Assembly (NCBI GenBank): GCA_044892505.1 | Contig: CM097882.1 | Location: forward strand, 380,432,001-380,496,000 | Direction: 5' to 3' | Source: Schmidtea nova | Taxonomy: Eukaryota | Length of the DNA stretch: 64,000 nucleotides | Shown: piece by piece, positions 52,931-64,000 of the stretch | Numbering within the stretch: position 1 is the stretch's first letter | Layout of the letters: each line of letters starts with the position of its first letter | Translations under genes and position numbers: made by a program | The notes under the pieces: generated by a model | The model's input: only the letters and a program-made list of their open reading frames with translations | The model's database searches: none | Told to the model about the DNA's origin: nothing

Positions 52931-55250
52931 CAGTGATTCTCAAACGGGGTGCCGCGAATTATTTTTAGGGGTGCAGTAAAAAATCACATTTTATAATTTT
53001 TTAAGCAGAAATTTGCAGAAATTTTTAGTTGTCTCTAGTAAAAATTTAGAATAATATTGGTTTGGATCGTCTTCTGTACGTTGTCATCCGTTTTATACCC
53101 AGAAATATTATGCTATTGTTTGGCACGTAGACACGTACGTACCTTTCTCAGAAATCATAAAACCGGATATAGTTCGTGTTACTGTTTGTTTTAGTTGTTA
53201 GTCGAGCTCATTTCTACTGAAATAATGAGCCTGTGACAAGTTTATCAATATATTAATATCAATAAAATTTTGTTCATAGAATATTTTCAATATTTGGTAA
53301 GCATAACATTAAAATAAGCATTTTTACATACTGAAATATTTTCTTTTTTTTTGGTAGTCTAAAAAATGGACAAATTTATTGGAAGAAAGAGGAGTATAGA
53401 CGAGAATTCATATTTGCAACCCAGTACGATTGACACAAATGCTGGTGATAAAAATGAGGATAAAGCTTTAACTAAGAAAAAAGCATGTAAGAGTAAGACC
53501 CGTCCATACCAAGAAAACTATTTGGAATACGGGTTTACTTGGTGTGGTGACAAAATATCTCCTAATCCGAAATGTGTTGTATATGGCGAAGTACTGGCTA
53601 ATGAAGCTATGGTGCCTAGTAAACTATTGCGCCATTTTTCGACGAAACATGCTCATCTTTCTCAAAAAAATGTGGAATATTTTAAAAGACTGCTTTTTTC
53701 ACAACAAAAATAAAGCAGTAATTTTACAAAACAATACAAAATTTCTGATCGTGTTAAAGAGGCCAGCTACATAGTCGCAGAGATAATATCACAGCAAATG
53801 AAACCACACACAATTGGAGAGACATTAATTTTACCGTCATGTTTAGCAATTGTAAAGGTAGTGCTCGAAGAAGCAAGTGAAGCTGAAATCAAGAAAATTC
53901 CATTACCAGATGACACAGTACGAAGACGTATTAATGAAATGTCTGATAACATAGAAGAAAATGTTGTTTTGAAAATGAAAGAAGCTAATATGTATGCTTT
54001 GCAAGTTGATGAAAGTACTGACATTGGAGGAAAAGATCAGTTATTAGTGTACACGCGATTTATTGATAGCGATGAAAAAATAATTGAACAATTTTTATGT
54101 TGCAAAGAATTTGAAAGAACAACTACTGGGGCAGATGTTTTTAATATTTTAGATCAGTATTTATCATCAGTTGGCATATCTTGGGAAACATGTGTTGGCA
54201 TATGTACAAATGGTGCACCATCTATGATCGGTTCCATAAAGGGCTTTCTGTCTCTTGCTAAAAAAAAGAACATGAATATCGTATCAACACATTGTTTTAT
54301 ACACCGTGAAGCTTTAGTAGCAAAATCCATAAATATAGACTTAGAATGTGTCTTGAACATGGTAGTCAAGATGGTCAATTACGTTAAAAGTAAACCCCTG
54401 AAGTCACGTTTATTTAATAAACTTTGCGAAGAAATGGGATCTCAATTTAAAAATCTTATTCTTCACACAGAAGTAAGATGGCTTCTAAAGAGCGTGTTTT
54501 GAGTCGTTTTTATGATTTGAAAGCAGAATTAATCATATTTTTTGAAGAAGAAAAGCAAAACGAATATTGCGAATTATTGCAGGACGTTGCGTGGCTTTCA
54601 AGGTTGGCTTATTTGGCAGATAATTTTGAACAACTGAGTAAATTAAACTCCAGTATGCAGGGAAGAAATGAAAATATTTTAACTTCTTCAGACAAAACAA
54701 TGGCTTTCAAAGACAAATTGAAGTTGTGGATAAAGAAAGTAAGCCAGGGTAATATGGGAATGTTTTCAAGAATCGAGGAAATGGAGAATAACCAAATTCG
54801 AGAACTCATTATTGAGCATTTAACAACTTTAGTGACTAAAGTTGATAATTTTTTTTCCATATTCAATATACAACATTATGATTGGATAAGAAATCCATCT
54901 GTGGCATCAGTGATGGAAAAAATGATTTGGAACTTATAGAAGAGGAGGAATTGATGAATATTCGAAATGATCGAATACTGAAACTAAGATATGAAGAATT
55001 AGACCTCAACTGCTTCTGAATTGAGATTAAAAAAGAATATCCGAATATAGGACTACGAGCGCTCAAAATTCTCCTACAATTCTCAACTTCATATTTGTGC
55101 GAGCTTGGCTTTTCTGCTTTGGTAAACATCAAAACTAAAAAAAGAGAAAGACTCAAGGCAGTCGAAGATGAAATAAGAGTATGCCTATCTCAAATTCACC
55201 CTGGCATTAAAAAAATATGCGCATCACACCAGTCGCATGTTTCCCATTGA
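52931..55250 (+). mobile_element. hAT Buster/Charlie-type transposon with decayed transposase; right TIR not found
   Basis: 5' TIR CAGTGATTCTCAAAC after CTCTATAC; YLEYGF, MVPSKLLRH, KPHTIGETLILP, LQVDESTD, HCFIHREAL, HTEVRWL, FSTSYLCELGFS. Confidence 0.9.
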
Positions 55251-55439
55251 ATTGATAAGGTGTATTATAAGTAAATTTGCAATAATTGGTCGTATGTTTA
55301 TCTAAATGTGGTGATATATCTCTGGTATACATATTTATTAAAAAATGTTGTTACGAAAATATAAAACTCGCTTGTGTATAAATGTTGTTTTAATATATAA
55401 GTACATATCTTTACTTATACATGGGAGATGAGAGGATGC

Positions 55440-56400
55440 AGGAGTAGGTAGTTAATGGCTCACCAACCCACTGGCTCCCCAACCCACCCACCCCCCTAGA
55501 AAAAAAAGTGGGTTGGGGAGCCACTATGTTTTTTCGTCGATATTTTGTATAGGAAAATTTTTGTCGGTCTTTTGTACAGGTGGGTTGGGGAGCCACTATG
55601 TTTTTGGGTCGATCTTTTGTATAGGAAAATTTTTGTCGGTCTTTCGTACAGGTGGCTTAGAAAGCCACTATGTTTTTTCGTCGGTCTTTTGTATAGGATT
55701 TTCTACTCCCAGATTTTTCTCGGGCAAAAAGGGACTCTGAAATTTTGTACAGGGATTTTGAACAGGGATTTTTGGTCTGGTATTTTTGAATAGGATTTTT
55801 GGTCTGGTTATTTTGAATAGAGAATTTTGTGTCGATCTTTTGTATAGGAAATTTTCGTCGGTGTTTTGAATAGGATTTTCTACTCCCAGATTTTTCTCGG
55901 GCAAAAAGGGACACTGAAATTTTGTACAGTGATTTTAAACAGGGATTTTTGGTCTGGTATTTTTGAATAGGATTTTTGGTCTAGTTATTTTGAATAGAGA
56001 ATTTTGGGTAGATCTTTTGTATAGGAAATTTTTATCGGTCTTTTGAATAGGATTTTCTACTCCCAGATTTTTCTCGGGCAAAAAGGGACTCTGATAATTG
56101 GAATTAAAATTTAAATGGTAAATAAAAAACACGTGTAAATTTTTTAAACTAGTAAAATGCATTGAAATTATTTTGAATAGGATTTTCAATTCCCAGATTT
56201 TTCTTCAGGAAAAAATAGACTCTGATAATTTTGAATTAAAATTTAAATGGTAAATAAAAAACACGTGTAAATTTTTTAAACTAGTAAAATAGATTGAAAT
56301 TATAGTAGAGTAGGGGGAGCGCCCAAGAACAGGAACAGACCCCCCACCCCCCTAAAAAAAAATTTTTTTAACCCCCCCTAAAAATTTTTTTATTTTGTTT
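55440..56400. repeat. Composite tandem array (72-bp x3, about 177-bp and about 131-bp units) with C-rich ends
   Basis: 72-bp units at 55508, 55580, 55652; CTACTCCCAGATTTTTCTCGGGCAAAAAGGGAC recurs near 55700, 55880, 56055, with a variant near 56190. Confidence 0.85.
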
Positions 56401-57328
56401 AAATGAAGTCAATTTAATTTTATTATTTTGTTTAAATGAAGTCTTTATTTTATTTTTATTTATTTTTATTAATTTTAATTTAAGTCTTTTTTAATCTTCC
56501 ATCAGTATTGCATTTGCTTTGAACTCAGATTGCATTAATTGCAACAAAATACAATAACTCATTATTCTTGAACTAGTACAAAGTGACAAAAATAATTTTG
56601 CAAGATCCATATTGGTGAATATATATTATTTGCATCAAACTTAAATTCTCGGATGCTAATGGTTAAATACCCTGATTTATTTTCTTTGAACTTTATCTAT
56701 AGGAATATATCACAGTTTGTTGCATAGCGTTTATTGAAAAGTGCTATGAGAATCAACTGCTTATTTAAATTGATTTTGTTTAATGATTCTTTCAATATAT
56801 TGTAATTTCTATTTCGAATGAATGTCATGATTAGAAGGTATTTAGCTTTGGTGAGTTTTGGACATACAAATTGAATTTCTACAGGATCACTTAAATAATA
56901 TAATTTATATGGTTTTGAAGTGTTTTCATTACAAGTTTTAATATTATGATTATTTTCGAAAGTCTTCTGGTATTTATAATAAAGCCATCCAATCCGATTT
57001 AAACACATACACAATATCTTTGTTAGTCATCCACATACACACTTGAAACATATTATTAGTTTATTATTATTTGATATTATTACTTGAAATTGATGTGGAT
57101 GTTAGTATTGCACTCGGATTGCATTTGTATTGTACATTTGTAATTGTATTATTATTTTAAAAATATTATAATTTGTAATTATGTGGGTGTATGCCTTTGT
57201 TAGTCATGAACATGTACTGCGTTTGGATTGCACTTTTAATATTTTATTATTATTATTTCGACTTAATGCCGGTGTATGTCTTTGTTTGTCTTGCACTTGT
57301 ATTACACTCGAATTGCACATTATTAATA

Positions 57329-57359
<31 letters not shown>

Positions 57360-58093
57360 TGAATTAATTATCTTTTGGTTTCACCTTTGATCTCTTTTTA
57401 TTTAAATCAATAATTTTCATATAAATAATTTTGAGACTACAAAGATTAGTTTCCGAAACTTCAGCAAAATTTCTTTGTTAAACGAACTTAAAATAATTTT
57501 GAAATTGTCATTGTTCTAACTTTGGAAATTTTTTTATAAAATTTCTTTGTTTAAATTTACAAAACTATAAATATATAGCGTCAAAGCGAGTACTTTAAAA
57601 CAAATACCTATGAAAAGTTTTTTTCTGCGATAAGTCTTAAATTTCTTTCCTGATTCCAAAACATTATAGATCCTTTTCGTAGGACTTTTGGATAGTGATC
57701 TAGGTGGTCTTTGTTTCAATAATAATGAGTTATAGAAATATTTAAAATGACCACTTTGAACTTCTGCAGAACAAAGACCATGAGTCAAACCAAGGAGAGG
57801 CATGATTCACCCGCTTTCGGATCAATGACTAACCATGATGACTCACAGCTTCAGGAATGAGTATTTCCTTTGTGAGTCACAGAGCACACATAAATGTTCA
57901 CTAGCCATAGAATATTGTAAAACCAATTTATTTGAATCAAATTCAACAAACATTCATGAACAACTAGCCTAAGTTATTTATCAAAATTGTAATAGATTTC
58001 TGAAATTACGTTTGATAATTGATTGTTATTCGTTTTAAATTATAGATCATATTATTATATACTATATCATTTAGAAATAAATTCAAATTTTAC

Positions 58094-58349
58094 GTATAGT
58101 TTCTTCAAGTATCGCTGGAACTAATTCTTTTAAGACAGTACAACTGAGACTCATCGAAGGATTACTGTTTGCTTCAATCAACCAAACCTATTTTAACAAA
58201 ATAAACATAATAAATGAACTATTTGCTGCTACTTTAAGATTGTCATCCACCAAAAAATCGAAACCATAAATTTCAAAATAACTTGTACTATTCGCAAGTC
58301 TTTGTTTAACAGATTTAAACACATGAAGAAGTATAGCTTTTAATGTTTC
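58094..58349 (-). CDS. Two exons of a host tubulin-tyrosine-ligase-like gene (resembles TTLL10)
   Basis: 58349-58233 encodes ...YFEIYGFDFLVDDNLK; 45-nt GT-AG intron; 58187-58094 encodes VWLIEANSNPSMSLSCTVLKELVPAILEETI. The 57534-57803 ORF may be a later exon. Confidence 0.8.
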
Positions 58350-59129
58350 CTAAAAAAGAATGCCATAAATGTAATTTTAGATTTAACAATACCATTGTTT
58401 ATATTGCTGACAATTAAGCTGCCAAAGGTGCAAGAGAAAAATAAAATGACGTCCAAATATCGATTTATATGGCAAGTAATGTGTTAATTAAAATATATAT
58501 ATACACACACATATATATACACACATATATATTTTGAATATAAATGTATAATATATATTCAAAAGTTTTAAAAAATAGCGCTTTCTAACTCGACTCGGCT
58601 ATATCTTTTAAGGAAGATCTGACATCTCCCACAAGAAGTTGTTTACTTTCTCCGTATTTTCGTCAGTTGTTTCCGTCGGTGGTCTCCAGATCATTTCCTT
58701 CTTTTTGGACTTTAATGTTCACCATTATTGAATTCCATCGCAATATATTGAATTTTTCTTACACTTTTCACTTATCCATTTGTTAGAATACAATAATTTC
58801 TGTTCCAGAGAAATTATTTTGATAGTACACCGACGAAGAAATTGATGTTATCATTTGTGACTTTCATTTTGTTTTTAAATAACGTAAATCATTGTTTTGT
58901 CACTCTTGAAATTTCATACATTTTAAAATTATATTAGCACAATATTTTGCTCAAAAATGCTTTATTTAAATTATTTTTTACTCAGGCCTATAAATCGTGT
59001 CCTCAACATATTTAAAACTATAGACTCTGATTTTTGAAACTCTCTAAATAACTTTTAGATTTCTTTGAAAACTTTAATGATGGACTACTAACAAATTTTA
59101 TCAATTCCAAAAATGATAAAGCATATTTG

Positions 59130-59560
59130 ACATAGTTTAATAAATACAATGAAATAAACTTAAAGTTACAATGCGTTGACCTGAATCTAATCAAAATAAA
59201 GACTGTTATTTTCTTATTTGCGAGAAAACTTTTTTTATATAAACAAACTTTTGGATGTTGCGAATTTATACAATTTCCTAGTTTATCAATAATAAAACCA
59301 CAAGAAGAAGAGTTGTTTAACTATTGTATCTAGCTATTGATACAGACTTCAATCGACGATTTGAAGATATTCATTATATGAACATACCAGATTGGATTAA
59401 TGATCCTTTTTGTAATACTTTTACAGAAGATTCTTCACTATTACAAGAAAAGTGATAAGAAATAGCAATAATTGAAAAATTTAAATTTAAATTTAAAATA
59501 GGCTATCAACAATTTTAGCTACAAAACCAGATAAGGACACTATCATGGAGGGGTTTTATT
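59130..59560 (+). pseudogene. hAT (Buster/SCAND3-like) transposase C-terminal relic
   Basis: YNEINLKLQ...LNLIK...QFPSL...RRFEDIHYMNIPDWINDPF. Confidence 0.65.
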
Positions 59561-60129
59561 CACAGTAATGATATTTCTGATGAATTGCGCACCATGTTCA
59601 TAAAAATTAGAAGGTTTATCTGATAGATTTTCACATATCTAAGAGAAAAGAAAACGTGGACGAACCTGAATGTCAATTTTCTAATGCCAGATTCATTCAG
59701 GATGGCGTACACTCCCTGGTACCCACATTCCACCGCTGCGAAATATCTACGATATTGATTCTTTCAGTATCACTATTGTGAAATCTGCAAGAAGAATTGT
59801 AAGAATTTTGGTGACCGTTTCTCGGACAACATAATAACCATAAATGAAACTCCATTATCAATCTATGTGCCAGAGCCAAAGTGAGAATCTCAAGAATAGA
59901 AATTCCCAAAAGAGCCAAGTTCAAAGAAAATGAGGTTATCAACCAGTCACAGAAATTCTTTTATTCTGTCTTTTTGGATGCGAATTATTTTATCTGATTT
60001 TGCCGAGAATAGTGTTAGGATTGACAATTACTACAACTTGAACTTTGTGAAAAATGAAAGGAAGCTCACTAAAAAGGGTCGGTTCTCTAAACTGTATTAT
60101 TTGTATGATAATGTTTTTTGATAATGGTT

Positions 60130-60340
60130 TCTACATTGAAAAATTGAGGGCTGTGAACTTGAATTGCTCCAAAGTCCTTCCCACAGTCCTGATCTAGCTT
60201 TATCTGACTTTCATGTTTAACTACCTTAAGAAAATCTTGAGAAATCAAAACTTTGCTTCCTAAGAGGATTTAAGAAATGCAGTGATCAAATCTTTCACCG
60301 AAAAATCTTCGGATTTCTTTGACCGCTTGAAAAATATTTC
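60130..60340 (+). pseudogene. mariner transposase C-terminal relic
   Basis: HSPDLALSDFH...YLKKILRNQNF. Confidence 0.7.
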
Positions 60341-61302
60341 GATGTAAAAGTAGATTATTTTTGAGAAATAAAACCTATTTACTTGGTTGTTAGGAAAAAA
60401 TAAAATTCGTTGTTTTTGATCATTCCTTTCTTTGCGAGTGACACTACTTATTGTAACTAAGTCAAACCCGTGATAGTTAAATTCCTGACACCTACTTCGA
60501 TATGCTCAAAACTTTCCTTCGTAGAAGATTCGTGCAATCGACTGAAAAGGTTGAATTCAGAATTACACCAGACGGACATGGGTCGATCTGTATCTAGCTA
60601 ATGATTTCCCTTTTTAGATTTAGATAAGTAAATACATTTTTATTACAGATGATTAATTGTCGACTAAAACACTAGTCATGAGGATTTTGGATCAGGTATT
60701 GTGTTAGACCTTTTCAGGGATATGTTTGAGAAGCTCTTCTCGACATCATTTGTTGACCTAAAAAGGAAATAGTTTCCCGAAATTTGTTCCGGATTTTTAT
60801 CATCTGTTACGGTGTCCGTAAAAGGTTTGAAAGAAGCAAGTAATTTTGATAAGTTCTACTTGAAATCAGCTTATTGAGTAGTGGAATTTGACTCCTTTGT
60901 AGTCAAATAATCAGTTTAGAAAAGCAGAATTCTTTTTATATGACGTCACTTACTACAAGAAGCTTAAGACTAGCTTAAGACAATATCTTGCTATGGTTTC
61001 ATAATGAAACCATAGGCAATATATAACTTAGTTTAGAAATAAATCTAAAAAAGAGATTTGCTTAGTAATTTTACTTACAATGATTTTTTAAATAAATAGT
61101 TTTCAATTTGGGTAATAAAGAGGATTCATTTTATCTTAGAACATACGAAAAAAAAATTTAGAATTCTAGATTCAAAACTCTATTTTAACTTATCGAAATG
61201 GGTGATAATTATACTTCCGACGCCATATAAAATGGTCAAAAAGGAAATAACTTAAAAGACTTTTGCTAATTTGTTCAACACAAGAAACAAAATCGACCAT
61301 AT

Positions 61303-62270
61303 TCCCCGGCCGACCCAATGTATCCAGTCAGGCAGTTATTTACATATTGCAGTTTATAATGAACAGCAATGGGAACAAATGTCACAAACACACACGAATA
61401 CTGAATGTCTGTAGTGCTGAGAGATTTAGTATTTCGTTATATTACCTTTCATCTGGATAACAAGGCGCACTCGTTTAGGCATTGTATCGACCCCTTTTGC
61501 CAGGAAATCAGGGGAAATGTGTGACCATTCCTCATGCAGACGCGTTTCCAGTTCGGAGGCGTTACGAGCAATGGGAATCCTTTTGCGAACTCGTCTACCA
61601 AGGACGTCCCACAGAAACTTAATATGATTCAGATCAGGGCTTTGTGGAACCCAATCTAAAACGTTGATGCTATGCTGCAAAAAGGCTTCCTAGTGCAGTA
61701 TCTGTTATAGAAGCCATGAAAATGTAATGCGAGACGAATGGTGGACATGCTGGCATGAACAGGGCCAGTGTTAAATGTGGACACTAACTTGGACAGGGGG
61801 AACCGACAATGAGCCACCACAAGTCGTTTCAGCTGCGTTGTGTACGGATGCTCAGAAGTTTAGGGGGGCCTGGACGTTGCTTGTTGACATGTGTCTGATC
61901 CTGGCGGTACTTCCTCAGGAAGCAGTTAATAGTTCCTTTGGGATGGCCAGTCAAAGCAGCAGTTTCACTCTGACTTTTCCACAAAGGTAACATCCGTAAA
62001 TAATGCCTTTCTGAAAGTCTGTAAGCTCTCTCCGAGTAGCCCTATTCTAAGAAAATGACAATCCTTCATTAACATGACTCTCTGTTATCACTGTTGTGTG
62101 TCTGGTATGAGTAGTCATATTCTGTGTGTGTGCGTGGTGTGTGTACATGTGCGCATGTTGAAGGTGTTGGTGACCTTTGTTCCCATTGCTGCTCATATTT
62201 GCACTGCAGACGTTCATTATAAACTGCAATATGTAAATAACTGCCTGACTGGAGACTTTTGATAGGCCGG
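61303..62270 (-). mobile_element. Deleted Tc1 element with inverted terminal repeats
   Basis: CCAGTCAGGCAGTTATTTACATATTGCAGTTTATAATGAAC at about 61323-61365 and inverted at about 62210-62252; minus-strand LDWVPQSPDLNHIKFLW...VIQMKGNITKY. Confidence 0.8.
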
Positions 62271-64000
62271 CCCATATTATTCTGAAAATAAGAAATATTT
62301 GTTCAAAATCAAAAGTTAATGATGTCCTACGACAAAAAACTTACTGTGAAAAAATGACTCTCTTTAATTCATCCAGTTAATTTTTTCCGACAAGTTCTCA
62401 ATAGTTAGTTACGCAGCTATGGTCAGGTTATATGGGTACTGTATTTGTAATCATATGATGACGCTAGTAGAAAATGGGTTAAAGCTACGGATATTGACTT
62501 GGTTCCTGATTTATGAAATTTCATCAAGTAACTTTAGAAAATAATTAAAGAACATTTGAAATTTATCTGCTTATAGTGTCACAATTATTAATCAGTAAAC
62601 TTACGCTACACACTATGCAAGTTACAATAACAAATTTAAAAGTTATTTTGTGAAAAATTACCATCAAATCCGTGTTCACCCAATCGACTTTGAAATTTTT
62701 TAAATTTTTATAATAATGATTGAAGTAGTCATTAAAATTTTGAATAGTCCAAATCGTGGAATCTCTAACTTCATTGTATTTCGGCGATTGTTTTTGAATA
62801 AACTAAAATATAAATTTCTGGAAATTTTACATAAAAATTTTATCAAAATTAAAATTTATCGGATCAAATATTAGTACAGATATTTTTTCGATTTAAAGTT
62901 TTTTAAAACTCATAATAGTTTAAACTAGTGGTTCTTAATCGAGGTGCTGTGGTAGCACTGTATGTCACAGATAAAGGTGAGACAATGCAAACTGGTGCCA
63001 TAGACAAAGAACAAAATTTGAGCCTTTTCAAAGAAAATTGTATACACATATGTCCCAGCAGAAGTTTAAAAACAGCTGAATTTAAAAGTTTAGATAAAAT
63101 ATGAAATATATGTCACCCAAATCGTCTTCTGAAATCTTATCTAACGGTATTTAACTTAGTAGGCGTCTCTTTAAAGTCATTTATGATTAGTCTTGCCTTT
63201 GAATTGGTGAATCGCAGTTGTAATTTGTGATAAATAATTGTTTCACCAAAATAAATATTATATTTTTTAAATAGAGGTGTTTTATAGTACAATTAGTGAA
63301 AAACGTATTTATTTGGATTATTTTTTTATAAGCTAAGTACTATATTTATTTATATTTTATAATTTTTTAAAGGTTTTTACCTACGGGACATATTTGTACC
63401 ACAAGTACTTTGTGATGCGGGACATATTTGTCCCAACAGTCTTGTAAAGTTTTTAATTTTTAATTTTGTTTTTTATATATAGTAATAAAAAATGAATGCA
63501 AAAGAAATTGAAGAACATTTGTTGAACTTACAGATAGCTCAGCCAGTAATAATCCTTAACATAATACATTTAAAAAAATCGTTTTAAAACCTAAAGCGAA
63601 AGTCGCTGCGAAAGTGTTAAGGAACCAATAAATTTGTTATAGTGAAATAATAAATGATTGATTTTGTAACAATATATTTTTTATAAAAAACAACACTACT
63701 CTTACAGTTATTACAAATGTACTGTTACTTATTCGATTATTCTATATTATTTCGATTTAAATATTATATATTTAACATACTATATCGATTTTTATAAATT
63801 TTGTTTTGTTTTCATTATATTAATCACTTAACTTTTTTGTGGCCAAATTAAATAATTGAATATTGAAATGGATCTAACAAAAAACAAAATACCATAACAT
63901 AATTGACTGAAACAAAAATTTTAATTCCTACTAATTTTAGTTTAAATACAGAAAACTTTTATCTTGATATGATAGGATAAATATACATTTTTCGAATATT

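Noticed and set aside
55411-56189. Short ORFs in the composite array
   Set aside because: By-products of the tandem repeat units.
60560-60600. CAGACGGACATGG motif recalling DINE-1/Helentron-type repeats
   Set aside because: Too short; no other structural hallmarks found.
62926-62960. hAT-like terminus TAGTGGTTCTTAATC
   Set aside because: No matching inverted end or TSD found.
63385-63445. GGGACATATTTGT repeat resembling a piggyBac-type end
   Set aside because: No partner end, no clear TTAA TSD and no transposase in the window.

Overview
AT-rich eukaryotic (animal-like) genomic DNA made mostly of transposable elements, with one assembly gap (6600-6749). (1) 820-5819: decayed Gypsy LTR element with a 5-bp TSD. 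(2) 6135-21403: a nested stack. A second Gypsy element has its pol split by an internally deleted hAT (8721-17453). That hAT carries a third, young Gypsy element (8860-15844) with a captured filamin fragment. A fold-back Tc1-like element sits in the outer 3' LTR. (3) 23616-51433, minus strand, the main feature: a 27.8-kb Gypsy-type LTR element with near-identical 3.1-kb LTRs, a 4-bp TSD and a tRNA-Pro-like PBS. Besides gag and PR-RT-RH-IN it encodes a chuvirus-like fusion glycoprotein placed upstream of the protease inside pol, a Bcl-2-like domain, ankyrin repeats, ubiquitin-like repeats, FN3-like membrane proteins, an intronless TRAF, an IAP-type RING protein and two LTR-borne ORFs. All six small accessory ORFs have a YAG 0-3 nt before the ATG. 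It resembles a complex enveloped retrovirus-like element carrying a cell-death/NF-kB modulation kit. (4) 51.5-64 kb: relics of a Polinton-type integrase, several hATs, mariner and Tc1, a composite tandem array, and exons of a host TTLL gene. Domain calls come from motifs recognised by eye, not database searches.
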